A stretch of DNA of 64,000 nucleotides from Strigamia acuminata (GCA_949358305.1 OX442314.1:6882001-6946000), one strand, 5' to 3'; counted from the first letter of the stretch, positions 48,359 to 61,518 are shown. Translations and numbers: made by a program. The notes: generated by a model not told the origin, from the sequence alone.

Positions 48359-49207
48359 TAACCTTGAAATAACATCTAGTTGAAATTGTATTATTTTGCG
48401 CTCTAAATTGCGCAAATTTGAAATATCCAAGTGAGTAAGGTTGATAAATAACAGTCAAACTTATCTAGAAAATAAATAAACTCTAATTAGAACTAAAAAC
48501 AAACCATACATTACATGAAATCCTTCTTAGCAAGGAGGCAGCCATCTTGCTGCTTGGCAAAACAAAGAAAAGTGCATAATAACCACTCTAGTGGCAGAAC
48601 AAGAAAACAATAATACACGTATTGCCACCTGTTGGCTAAACACAGCAAAATACCTTTACAAAGGATATAAAATTAACTAACATGGTAAATTGAAATAAAT
48701 ACAAATACAACACACAATGAGACATGCTCAAGCAAAGTATGGGCACTTATGGCTTAATTTCCTCCCCTCAATGGTTGAGTGATTCAAATCTTCGTAAGGT
48801 GTATTAATCCGTATTATCCACTTAACACACATACTCTGTATTCTTAGCTTATCTCAGTTAGGTTGTTGTTAGGTTTAGCAATGTCTTGTATCTTTATCTC
48901 AAGTGGGTAATATTGTATAAATATTATCCGCAAAGATAGAATCGTAACAAATATTAAACACATGACACACACACATAATTATTATCCACTATACGGTACT
49001 GGAATCTTATTTGCATCGACAAATCTCGAGTCCTGAAGTGAATTGAAACAAATACTCTTTATTTCTGCGAATGTTGCAAAATCCACAAACTAAAATGGAA
49101 TAAAGACTTAAATCTAAGTCCTGGTCATGTATATTTAAATATATATGACCAGTTACAACTTATCTTAGTGTACGTACATGCCTTTCTGCAAGTACAAATG
49201 ACCTTAC

Positions 49208-49314
49208 TTAATTTAAAATTAATGGCTTTATAGATTCTTAAGCCTTTTGTTCAGTCAACCGTTATTGGCTATAAAACAACCGGAAAATTAACAAGCATCC
49301 AGTATCCTAACAAA
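49208..49314 (+). promoter_or_regulatory. Core promoter of cluster gene 5
   Basis: Conserved block; TATAAAA at 49270. Confidence 0.65.
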
Positions 49315-52300
49315 ATGAAGTGTATAATCATCCTGTTCAGTCTTGTCTCTGTTGGTAAATTAAAAAAAATACTTTTTTGGCTCAAAAAAATCATTTTTAG
49401 GCCAAAAAAATTCATTTTAATTTGTTGTTTTATAAGAAAACATTCTTCTTTTGCTGCAATTTTTTTTTATCAAATCTATTTTTCCAAACAGTAAAGCCGG
49501 ACTTATTTTGTGTGTTTAGAACATGTGAACTTCAATGCAGAATATTTGTAAATAAAATTGGAGTTTGTAATTACGGAATCTGTTCTTGCATAGGTAAGGA
49601 GTAAAAACTAAGAATTTCTATAAAATCTGGATTATGACATATCCTACATTAACCATGTTTTCATGTACCCAGTTATCTGGATAAATAAAAATGAGAATTT
49701 TACTTTTCTGGAAACAACTTGGTACCGAAAATGACTTTAAATAAAATAGATCGACAACTATTTTGTTGTTACAAATAATCAAAATGCATTATGAGTAATT
49801 CACATGTGGCGTCATGTTTACCAGAAAACTAGGGAGATGTAAACCGCAGACGGTTATCCGGATAAATAAAATCCGGATTTTTAACTTAGGAAACTGAGTA
49901 CATGTAAACATGGTAATAGCCACCTCAGTTAGCTGTTTATACATATGTATATAAATTTTTATTATTTCTTATAACTACAAAATAGACATGGCCCGACAAT
50001 TACTACCGCAATTACCACCACGACCGCCTCCAGCACCAGGTGGAGTGTAATTTTAAGATAGTTATTAGAAACTTGAACACGGATGCATGTCCATATTATC
50101 CTTGGTACATGGTCTAATCCATATGCTAATTTTTTTTCCAAGCAGTGAAGCCAGACAGGAATTGTAAAGTGGGTCCACAACCATGTGACCAATACTGCAA
50201 AATAAGATTTGGTGCAGACACAATTGGAAATTGCATGATTCAGGGATGTGTTTGCATGAGTAAGGAGTAGAAATTAAGAATTTTTATAAAATCTGGATAA
50301 TTTGCGACAATCAATTCCTTTTCATACTATCGGGGGTGTTGCTAAAAGTTCCAAACTCAAAAATATGTGGGACCCCTTTACCAGAAGAGGACTTATTGCT
50401 TTTCGCAGAAGAGGGACCCCATAGCGCGATTGAGTTGTACACTTTTATACCACTCTTGCATCATCCCACTTGCATCTTTCCCATTCTTGAAGATGACGTC
50501 TGCAACTCCTCCTGTCATGGTTAATTTGTACTAAGAGTGCCATTTGAGAAACCTTGATCGGAAACCGGCGACAGCGGTCTTGGTAATTGGGATTAATTTA
50601 CATTACTGAAGCATAGGAATCAGGAGTCAAAAACTTTTGGCAAACTTGTCAAAAATTCTGGGGTTGTCACTGCTCTGCCTTTTCTTTTAAGTAATTCAGA
50701 TAAAATCTGTATTAATGTATACATATGTTAATGTGAAAATAAAAGAGGCAGCACCAAGAGCACGAGCAGCAGGAGCGGGAGCGGGAGCGGGAGCAGGAGC
50801 AGGAGCAGGAAGAGGAGCAGGAGCAGGAAAAGGAGCAGGAAAAGAAGCAGGAGCAGGAAAAGGAGCAGGAGCCAAACTGCCTGTAAAGCCAGCACCAAAA
50901 ACAACTACAACTACCACTACCACTACCACTACAGAGAAACCTACAGAACCGCCTACAGAACCGCCTACAGAACCGCCTCCCGCACCAACTTCACAGCCAG
51001 TTCCTGAACAGACTTCAGAGCCAAGTAAAGTGTAATATTAAGATAGCAACCGTTTGTGGTAGTAGTCTTGTGCAATGCGATTGATATTGCAGAAGGCAAC
51101 ATTCTCCAGCATGAATTGTTATACTGGAAAAAATATGGCTTTAGGAATTGTAAATATTCCAAAAATTCATATTTAAATGTAAGCTTTACAGTTTTTGTAA
51201 AGTTGTTGTAAAATTGAATTGAAATTTGAAAATTAAACCGGTCAAAAGGATTACCGGTCGAAAGGATTACCGGTCGAAAGGATTACCGGTCGAAAGGATT
51301 ACCGGTCGAAAGGATTACCGGTCGAAAGGATTACCGGTCGAAAGGATTACCGGTCGAAAGGATTACCGGTCGAAAGGATTACCGGTCGAAAGGATTACCG
51401 GTCGAAAGGATTACCGGTCGAAAGGATTACCGGTCGAAAGGATTACCGGTCGAAAGGATTACCGGTCGAAAGGATTACCGGTCGAAAGGATTACCGGTCG
51501 AAAGGATTACCGGTCGAAAGGATTACCGGTCGAAAGGATTACCGGTCGAAAGGATTACCGGTCGAAAGGATTACCGGTCGAAAGGATTACCGGTCGAAAG
51601 GATTACCGGTCGAAAGGATTACCGGTCGAAAGGATTACCGGTCGAAAGGATTACCGGCAGGGCCCTCTTAACATATTTTAGTGTCCTGGGCTAAAAATAT
51701 CAGGTGCTCCTCGTCTCTTGTGATTCTCTGTCAGAGGACAGTGATCTCCAGGCACCTGGTGCCATTGGGCAGCAGCCCTTTTGCCCGACACGGTGGAATT
51801 TTTTCGACTGGATTCCTTTCGACCAGTACTATTTTCGACTGGATAAAGTTTGGCTGGATTATTTTCAACCTGACATTTTTTTACTGATAATGTTTTTGAT
51901 CAGGAATTCTGTCGACTAGGTATCCCTTTGACCAGGATTCCTCTCAATGAGGATTTCTTTCCACCAGGATTCCTCTCAACCAGGATTTCTTTTGACCAGG
52001 ATTCCTCTCAACCAGGATTTCTTTCAACCAGGATTATTTTCGACTTGGATGATTATGAATCCTGGTCGAAAATAAGAAAATAAACATAAAAAATAAAACA
52101 AAATGATGATAAAACACTAAATAATCATAAAATCAACTACAACTAAAAAGAAAAATAAACAAAAATGATGAAAAAACCCAAATTAAACATGCAGGTTTCC
52201 TTTCAACAAAGTCGAAAATTTTTCCGGACGAAAGGGATCCCAGTCAAGAGGAATCCTGGTAAAAAAAAATCCTGGTCGAAAATATTCCTGGTAAAAAAAA

Positions 52301-55300
52301 ATCAGGTCGAATGGAATCCTGGTCGGCTACAATCCTGGTCGAAAAGAGTTCGGTTTTGCCAAAAGTAAAAATTATTCCTAGTCGAAAGGAATCCAAGTCG
52401 AAAATAATCTTCCCTCCCTTTTGCCCAACGGTTAAAGTGGCCCTGATTACTGGTCAAAAGGATCACCAATCGAAAGGATTACCAATCAAAAAAATTACTA
52501 ATCCGGTCGAAATGAATCCAGGAATCCAACATTGTCTCATCAATGAGCAGTTTATATAGTTTTTAATTTGATTTTTTGAAACAACAAAATAGCCCAAGCA
52601 CAACCATTGCCGTCGCCTCCTGGACAGACTGTAGAGCCAGTTTCCGGACAGACTCCTGAGCCAGTTCCCGGACAGACTCCTGAGCCAGTTCCCGGACAGA
52701 CTCTACAACCAGTTCCTGGACAAACCCTGCAGCCAGTTCTCGGACAGACTCCACAACCAGTTCCCAGACAGACTTCAAAGCCAGTTTCCGGACAGACTCC
52801 ACAACCAGTTCCCGGACAGACTCCAAAGCCAGTTTCCGGACAGACTCCACAACCAGTTCCCGGACAGACTCCAAAGCCAGTTTCCGGACAGACTCCACAA
52901 CCAGTTCCCGGACAGATTCCACAACCAGTTCCCGGACAGACTCCACAACCAGTTCCTGGACAGACTCCACAACCACTTCCCGGACACACTTCTGGACCAG
53001 GTGAAGTGTAATATTAACATAGCAACAGAAAAGGAGGGAGGGAGGATTATTTGGGACAGGATAAAAGGTTGAACGGTTGAACGGGTTGAACGGGATGAAC
53101 GGCAGGATAGTTCTAAAACTCGGTTCAACCTGGTTCAACCCAGTTCAACCCAGTTCAATCCATCAACGGTTGCACGAGTTGAACGGGTCTAAAACCCGGT
53201 TCAACTGGGTTGAACCACTTCAGCTGAAGTGGCTAATCAGGAAAATTCTACGTAGATAAAAAAAATCCAACAAATTCCAACAAAAATCAAAAATATTAAA
53301 AAAAAATCCAAAAAATTCAAAAAAAAAAAAAATTGAAAAGAAATCAAAAAAATCAAAAAATCAAAAAATGGTTTAAAAAATCCAAAAAAAATTAAAAAAT
53401 ATCTCAAAAATTCTCAAATATTTTTTTTTTGTTTTTTTGATTTTTATTAATTAATTGATTTTTATTGATTTATTTTTAATAAATTTGATTTCATTTCTAT
53501 TTGATTCTATTGTTGAAGTTGAATGATATAAACTTTTTAATAATTGATGTTCCACTGTATTATAATTAATATATTGATTGATTGATTTATTTATTATTTA
53601 TTTATTAATTGGCAGTCTTATTCTGGAAAGTTTTTACAATTTTCACATTTAAAGTAATCCCTTGATTTCAAAAAGGCCTCGGTTACATTGGCGCAGCATT
53701 TGTGATACCATTTCCGACATAGTACACATAACACTTGTTTTTTGTTGTGTTTCGAATCTTGGGCACACGAATTTGCTTCGCAAATTGTCCAATTTTTATC
53801 CACGTCAAAATCGGAATGCAATGTGGTGATTACATGTCTGTATTCACTTTTACCTATAGGCATTGGGTTATTGCCTAAATAGGTTATCAAATCCTCTAAT
53901 TGCAACGACCAACTTCTAACGCTCATATTCAAACTTCTGTTTAACCCACCAGAGTGCAGGTTTAATAATGCAGTTTGATGGGTTGACCACTGCTGCTCCC
54001 CAGCTTTAATTATGGTATTAAGGATCCAATTTCTGGCCCTATTACTCATAAATTCAAATTCGCAACTTATATTTCGCAACAGCACGGATGCATAAATGCT
54101 GGTAAATACACCACAATCAAAACTATTATTCTGTTGTGGAGCATTGATACAAATTTCTGATCGCCAAGACTCACGTGTAAATGGCTCATTTGCTACTAAG
54201 TAAGAGGCTTTAGCTAATGTCATAAGATACGTGATATATTGTTTATGTGAGTCGTCATTGCCATTGCCACGTTATATTGAATTTATAACATAAACACATT
54301 TTTCCTTAAATGCAACCAAACCCAGACACCAATGAACACCCGGTACTGTAGTAGAAGTATTAAATGGAACAATAAGAACTTCTTTTTCAAATGGTCTGCA
54401 TTTGTAAAATGCCTTTAGAATTGGAGAAAGTCTCACTCCCAATCTTTTCGTATCGTGAAAACATTGCCTAAAATAAGTAGGGCACAAAACAGCAACCTCA
54501 TCCAACTTTGTGGCAGAAATTTCCGCTGCGATCAAATCATCAATTACCGATCCAAATAATTCCTCACCAGGTGCCAATGATTTCAATTCAACGGAGAAAG
54601 CAGAAAATTCAACATTTTCGGTAACAGGTTGACACCAAGGAATATCTCTCTCTCCAACGTCTCGAAAGGTTTTGTGTTTATGCATACTGATGGGTGTAGA
54701 CTGCGATGTAACCTTGGCAAACAATATACTACTACTTGGTAATGCGCTAATATTACTAATACCGGTTTCATCAACTGCATTTTCATCAGTTTCTCCAATT
54801 TCATCAACTAATGCGTTATCACTTTCATCAGTTTTCCCAATATCATCAACTGATGCGTTATAACTTTCATCCATTTCTCCAATTTCATCAACTGATGCGT
54901 TATCACTTTCATCCAGTTTCTCGATTTCATTAATTTTGTTCATGTCGGTATTATAATCGTAATCTTTGCGGCGAGGGCGTTTTCTTCCTGATCTACCTTC
55001 AGAACCTATAGCTCGTTTTCGCATAAGTGTTAAATTGTAATTACTGGCATCTGGTTTCTGGATTTTCGTACTTAACTCAACAGCAATAATGTGATAGCAT
55101 TTACCCCTGCTCGGACAAGTGCATTGCCACTTTTCTTTCGACGTAAGAGAAACAGTGTAAACTGTGGCATCTTTTGTGACACTTTTCACCAGAAAGCAGT
55201 TGAAAATGGAATCCAGCCTGATGTTTTCTTTTTCAACACAGAGGTTAGCCAATGCGTTTTGAGTCAATCGGAACGTGTCAGATTTTTCAATCTTAGGCGG

Positions 55301-58300
55301 GTGTCTAATTTCTCGAATAGTTTTGATAATAGTGTCTGGTGCTTGAAACGGGGGAACGCAAAGGAAAGGTGGAAGGGTTTGTTTAAATGACTCTTTTACG
55401 TGATAGTTTCCAAGATTTTTATCTGCTCGATAGAACTCGTGAAGATAAAAGCAAGTTACATAATAAAATATAAGCACAAATGTGTCGGCTGGTAGTTCGG
55501 TCCAATTAACTTGTCTCTTCAAGACACAATTAAAACATTCAGAAATATTATTGGTTGCCCATAAATCTCTTCAAATGCTGCAAACCTATTTCGTATGAAC
55601 TTTGCACTATGATTCAATATATCGGGAAATATTTTCTTTTGTACGTAGAGTTTAAATTTTTCGGACCATAATGATTCACTGTTCATAAAATTCTCGAAAG
55701 TCTCGACAAGCAATTCATGTGAATCACACTCAAATAGTGTCTTAATATCATTTTTCAATGCTACAACATCGCCTTCATTATATTTCCGAATCCATCGTTC
55801 TACGGCCTTCAACAAATGATTGAGACAAACCAATACAGGAATTTGTGGAAAATGGTCACGAAGTACCACGGTTATTCCTTCCTCTCGATCGCAAACGAAT
55901 GGGATTGTATCAATCTTATCCATACCGATTTTAGGCAAAATCGTTTTCAAAAATTGTTCGTGTGCTGTTTTAAATTTTCTTTCGTGGATCATAAACGCAA
56001 CAGGAAAAATTGGGTCGCCATTTAAACGAATATCCCTTGCAATGAGTGCAGAAACGTAAAAATCACCTAGCTTAAAAGTGGTGTCATAGGACAGACATTG
56101 AGGATATAGATTTTTGCTGCTGCTGGCCAAAATGGACTTGGTATATTCCAATGCACATGGCAAAGCACATATGACTACCAAATCGGGATATGTAACAATG
56201 GACTGAACACATTCTATCTGATAAGCCAATTCGTGTAAACCAAAAATTGAATCATTTGATAAACGTGTTTCTCTTCTCTCCTTAGCAATAATATTCTTGA
56301 CTTGGGTCAAGTCTCGTGGACGATCGACCGGCATGTGCTCATTATCACCTACAGCACTCTGATTTGCAAGTTGCGATTTGTACACAGTGGATGGCACATC
56401 ATGCGTGTTTCGGAACTCGTCTACCACTTTCTTCGTAACTTTCTTCTGCGAAGGAATAAACGGCCTGTCTCCTAATTTTCGATTTCCATGCTTTTCCGGA
56501 CTGTAGATGGACTCATCACCTAAGTAACAAACTAAGAAATAATCGTCGGAACTAGGTTTGGTATAAACGCCTGGTCTGTTGAAAACCCATCTCTTGAATC
56601 CAGGTAAAGAACATTTCCTTGTAGAACCATGTTTGTCTTTTATGTTGAAATAACGTTTCTCGATGAAACCTGGTTCCCCTGGACGCTGTCTCCCCATCCC
56701 TCTCGCGATCCATCTATATTGATCAAACCGAAAATCAAGTGCGTCATCCCCAAGTTGTGCTTTGTATAAATATACATCTCCTCCTTTCGGTAAAACAGGG
56801 GGAATTCGAGCAACTAAATCATTTTTGACTTTATTGTTGTACGCTGCCTCTAATATGCGAGATGCCTCAGCATCATTTAAGCCATTATTTCTACTTATTT
56901 TTCTAAAAATTGGTACTGAGATTTCCATATTTTCAAATAAAAAATGAAAAAAGCAGCCAGACAGCTACTTCAGCACAAACTTAGTGCAGAAAATCAAATG
57001 AAAAATGGAAAAAAGCAGCCAGACAGCTACTTCAGCACAAACTTAGTGCAGAAAATCAAATGAAAAATGGATAAAAGCAGCCAGACAGCTACTTCAGCAC
57101 AAACTTAGTGCAGAAAATCAAATGAAAAATGAATAAAAGCAGCCAGACAGCTACTTCAGCACAAACTTAGTGCAGAAAATCAAATGAAAAATGGATAAAA
57201 GCAGCCAGACAGCTACTTCAGCACAAACTTAGTGCAGAAAATCAAATGAAAAATGAATAAAAGCAGCCAGACAGCTACTTCAGCACAAACTTAGTGCAGA
57301 AAATCAAATGAAAAATGGATAAAAGCAGCCAGACAGCTACTTCAGCACAAACTTAGTGCAGAAAATCAAATGAAAAATGAATAAAAGCAGCCAGACAGCT
57401 ACTTCAGCACAAACTTAGTGCAGAAAATCAAATGAAAAATGGAAAAAAGCAGCCAGACAGCTACTTCAGCACAAACTTAGTGCAGAAAATCAAATGAAAA
57501 ATGAATAAAAGCAGCCAGACAGCTACTTCAGCACAAACTTAGTGCAGAAAATCAAATGAAAAATGGAAAAAAGCAGCCAGACAGCTACTTCAGCACAAAC
57601 TTAGTGCAGAAAATCAAATATAAAATTTAAATGAAAAGGAAAAGCTGCCAGACAGCAAGCTATTTATTTCTTGTACAGTAAGTACAAGGCAGCTATACTA
57701 TATTTGTCTGACAATGCAAATCCAAACAACACCAAAGCCAAAGGAAAAGGAAAAGCAGCCAGACAGCAAGCTATTTATTTCTTGTACAGTAAGTACAAGG
57801 CAGCTATACTATATTTGTCTGACAATGCAAATCCAAACAACACCAAAGTCAAAATAAAAATTGAATATACCAAAGCCAAAGGAAAGCCAGACATGCAAGC
57901 AGTGAAATGTGATTGCAGACTGCCAACAGGAAGGCATGCATTGCACCCTATATATAGTAAGACATAGGATTTTGAATCTCCAATGAAATTCAAGAATATA
58001 TGAATTTCCAATGGAATCCAAGCATCCAGGAATCCTTCCAATCCTGAGCAACAGGAAATGGATACCCAGGACACATTAAGGACCCAACCTAATAGAAAGC
58101 TTATTTTTTGCTGCAAAAAACCGTTAAATTGCCCCTATCCTAGGAGCCCCTATTCTGGGAACCCCTATCTCTGGATAAAGTTTTACAGAAATTTTATTTG
58201 CACCAATTAGACATTCCATTAAGGCAAATTAGGATAAAATGGAAGAACATGTTTTTTTTTTGTAATTTTGTCTTAAAAAGCCAAATTTTTGGATTTTTTT

Positions 58301-59867
58301 TGGATTTTTGAGATTTTTAAAAAAAAAATTGAGAATTTTTTAGATTTTTTTGAATTTTTGTTGGATTTTTTGAACTATTTTTTGATTTTTTGATTTCTTT
58401 TAAATTTTTTGAATTATTTTTGAATTTTTTTGAATTATTTGAATTATTTTTGAACTTTTTTTGAATTTTTTTGAATTTTTTGAATTATTTTTTAATCTTT
58501 TGATTATTTTTGTAATTTTTGAAATTTTTTGGAATTTTTTGGAATTTTTTGGATTTTTTTGGATTTTTTTTGATATTTTTTACTGTTTATTTTTATTAGA
58601 TTTTGTAATGTACGACATGAGGCGGTAGGCGTTGCAATTGGAATTTTTTGATTTTTTTTGGAATTTTTTGGATTTTTTTGGTATTTTTCACGATTTATTT
58701 TTATTTGGTTTTGTAATGTTCTACATGAGGCGGTAGTCGTTGCAATTTGAATTTTTTTGATTTTTTTTTGGAATTTTTTGGATTTTTTGGAACTTTTTAG
58801 ATTTATTTTTGGATTTTTTTTTGAATTTTTTTTTTTTTTTATTAGAATTATACTGATTAGCCACTTCCACTGAAGTGGTTCAACCCAGTTGAACGGGTTT
58901 TTATACTCGTTCAACTCGTTCAAACGTTGATAGATTGAACCGGGTTGAACTGGGTTGAACTGGGTTGAACCGGGTTTTCGATCTACCCTGCCGTTCATCC
59001 CGTTCAACCCGTTCAACCCGTTCAACCTTTTATCCTGTCCCGATTATTTTCGACCTGGATTCCGTTCGACTAGAAATATTTTTGAGTTTTGGCGAAATCA
59101 GACTCTTTTCGACCAGGATTGTAGTCTACCAGGATTCCATTTGATCGGATTTTTTTCAACCAGAAAAATTTTTGACCAGAATTTTTTTCGACTAGGATTC
59201 CTCTCGACCAGGATTCCTTTCGTCTGGAAAATTTTTGATTTTGGTTGAAAGGAATCCTGCATTTTTATTGTGTGCTTTTTCATCATTTTTGATTATTTTT
59301 CTCTTTATTTGTAGTTGATTTTATCATTTTTTGGTGTTTTATCATCATTTTTTTGTTTATTTTTTTATTTTCGACCAGGATTCATTTCATCCAAGTCGAA
59401 AATAATCCTGGTCGACAGAAATCCTGGTTGAGAGGAATCCTGATCGAAAAGATTCCTAGTCGACAGACTTCCTAATCGAGAGAATTCCTGTTCGAAAACA
59501 TTAGTGGTCGAAAAATATCAGGTTGAAAATAAATCAGTCGAAATTTATCCAGTAAAAAAAAATGCTGTTTGAAAGGAATCCAAACGAAAAAATTCCACCG
59601 TGCCGTTATTTTGTCGACCTAAAAATTAGCAACACCAAAAAATTCAGTACGTCTTGTCGACAAACCACAACAGTACATCTTGTATACAATGGGTAAAATT
59701 AATATTCGGGCACAAACAAGGGAATGATTCGGTCAACGAAAATGGGTTTAACCTTTTGATATAATGTCATGTAAGGTGTTTAGAAATATTTTTTTTTATA
59801 TATTTCTTAAAACAACAAAATAGCCAAAGCACCACCATCAACACCAGCACCACCAGCACCACCATAG
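49315..59867 (+). CDS. Gene 5: secreted protein with two defensin-like domains, Gly-Ala and mucin-like tail, 346 aa
   Basis: join(49315..49354,49492..49593,49986..50039,50146..50259,50746..51024,52593..53000,59824..59867) = 1041 nt; all introns GT-AG phase 1; open frame. Confidence 0.78.
49492..49593 (+). CDS. Defensin-like exon, type A (gene 5)
   Basis: VKPDLFCVFRTCELQCRIFVNKIGVCNYGICSCI. Confidence 0.85.
50146..50259 (+). CDS. Defensin-like exon, type B (gene 5)
   Basis: [38 protein letters not shown]. Confidence 0.85.
51237..51657. repeat. 16-bp minisatellite (gattaccggtcgaaag)n, about 26 homogeneous copies
   Basis: Direct tandem repeat. Confidence 0.95.
51787..52418. mobile_element. 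Non-autonomous DNA element with 8-bp TSD
   Basis: TSD ttttgccc at 51779-51786 and 52419-52426; absent at the paralogous site near 33980; a second, inverted copy spans 53036-59604 and hosts the MULE. Confidence 0.8.
52593..53000 (+). CDS. Octapeptide-repeat exon (GQTPQPVP-like x15) of gene 5
   Basis: 408 nt, phase 1-1; matches ORF 52607..53011. Confidence 0.78.
53618..56928 (-). pseudogene. MULE transposase-SWIM-Ulp1-like protease-PHD fusion with one frameshift and one stop
   Basis: YDTTFK, CDRE, CLNH; TNNISECFN after a frameshift near 55560; SWIM CTC..CYH; HWCL and QQNNSFDCGVF; PHD-like CVLCRKWYH..CENC; in-frame TAA 54272-54274. Confidence 0.88.
56945..57620. repeat. 62-bp tandem repeat x11 inside the MULE, upstream of the transposase
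   Basis: gcagccagacagctacttcagcacaaacttagtgcagaaaatcaaatg.. recurring every 62 bp from 56953. Confidence 0.95.
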
Positions 59868-60802
59868 GATTCTAAAACCGACTGAAAAACAAGTTGAAAC
59901 GTAAAACGAAAACAACAGTCATTATGAAAAAGCTACAATGTACTACAATACTAAATGTAAAATAATTGTATTTGCAATTCAATGTATCATTATAATTCAT
60001 TTTGTGTGCCTAACATGTAATTTTAGTCTAATTAGAAGTTTAGTTTAATTTTAATAAAGTTTAGTGCTATTTTTCAACGTATTACTCCTTGATCGTCAAT
60101 TGGAAGCACCTTACTTACTGTTAGGCTACATGGCTAGCGGAATGGGTTCTTTTTACCTGGGTTAAATTCGACATAAGAAGAAACTGCTTTGCTTTTGTAT
60201 TCTAGTCAACCAAGATTCCATTAAACTGGAATTTTTGCAACAGGAATGGTATTGACGTTTGCAACACCCACGGTGAACTGCATCACTCCACACACCACCT
60301 GATGGCTCTTAGGCCGTCTCCCTTCGCAAGGTGGACTGGCCCAGCTGGGAAAGGAGAGAGCGGAGGGTGTCTTGAGATAGAGATGGAGACGAGAGAGCAG
60401 AGAGTAAGGACGTGCAGTAGGAAGAGAGAAGTGTGTGCAGTTACGGTCTGGGTCTGGACATTGGCAAAGGCAATCGTGCCTGTTGCTACTCTGCTCCTCT
60501 CACCATTCACCACTGTGATGCTCAGTGACATGGCGATGTGCCTGTTGCAGCCTCCATGGGTGATCGCATGGATCGTACGAGTAAGTACGATAAAATGTCC
60601 GTCAGTAACCGACCACGTCACCCATGGGGTTCGTGCCCTATGTGTGACGGGACGGTTGCCGGTGTTGCGTGCGTTACAGCACTGCCACACGTGGGTAGAT
60701 GGGAGATTCCAATCACTAGACAACGATTAGAAGCCAAAACCCAACAATCTGGAGTAATTGTTTCGAAACAGTTGAAATTTGTCCATAAAACTATTTAAGA
60801 GG

Positions 60803-61518
60803 GTTTGTAACCCCAAGTTCACGCAATCTTTGAAATACAGATGCCGCCACTCTTTTCTCATACTGTAGAGTTCCATGTTAATTAGTTTTACCAGGTTATC
60901 TTGCCTTAAAAAAAATAATGTAAAAGAACAATTAATTGGTATTTTACATTATTTTTAGACTTCTAAACCTGATGTTTAGAGAGTCTCATGAAACGGTTCT
61001 GTCCGTCCGTCCGTCCGCATCCATATCTCAAAAGCTATAGCCGCCAGAGCCAAACGGACAACGGCATTAAATTCAGCGTACCTGTATTAGGATCCTAGGA
61101 TCTTTTCGCAAATTTCCGACCTCCGGTTGAATTAATAAACCGGTTTTAGTGCACTTTTAGCCGTCATCAAATAATACTACTTCCGTCCGCGCACCGGAAG
61201 TTGTAACATTGTACTAGCGCCACCTGGCGGATCCCGTGAGCCATACGTTGCGATACGTTTTCCGCGCGATTTATTTCCCGATTGTAGCAAACTTCGGATG
61301 CAACAATTCCGCAGCATATCATATCAAATTTTGGTGGGATTTTGTTTGTTGTTGCTTTATATTGGCAAAAAAAATTATTTTTTTTTAAATTACTTTATTT
61401 TCTTTCAAAAGGACAGGGTTTAGAAGTCTAATATGTAATGCTTCCCTGCATTACAAATCCCAGCTTGTTTTAAAAAAAAACCGTATTGCAAATTTGGCGT
61501 GAACTAGGGGTTACAAAC
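60803..61518. mobile_element. TIR MITE hosting a nested element
   Basis: gtttgtaaccccaagttcacg / cgtgaactaggggttacaaac; related uninterrupted copy near 9135-9300. Confidence 0.6.
60952..61469 (+). mobile_element. Helentron-associated, DINE-1-like non-autonomous element
   Basis: Subterminal IR tagacttctaaacc (60956) / ggtttagaagtcta (61417); (GTCC)n microsatellite; 3' hairpin tgtaatgc..gcattaca; T-rich ends. Confidence 0.75.

Larger units (their letters stand above)
53053..59041 (-). mobile_element. Mutator-like (MULE) DNA transposon, 6.0 kb
   Basis: Long imperfect TIRs beginning gggacaggataaaaggttgaac; 8-bp TSD gattattt at 53045-53052 and 59042-59049. Confidence 0.93.

Noticed and set aside
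56945..57620. CRISPR-like array
   Set aside because: Head-to-tail 62-bp units with no unique spacers, no cas genes, eukaryotic context. The same applies to all 16-20 bp arrays.
60250..60730. GC-richer segment with 142-146 aa ORFs
   Set aside because: No recognisable domain, termini or TSD; probably a TE fragment that I could not classify.
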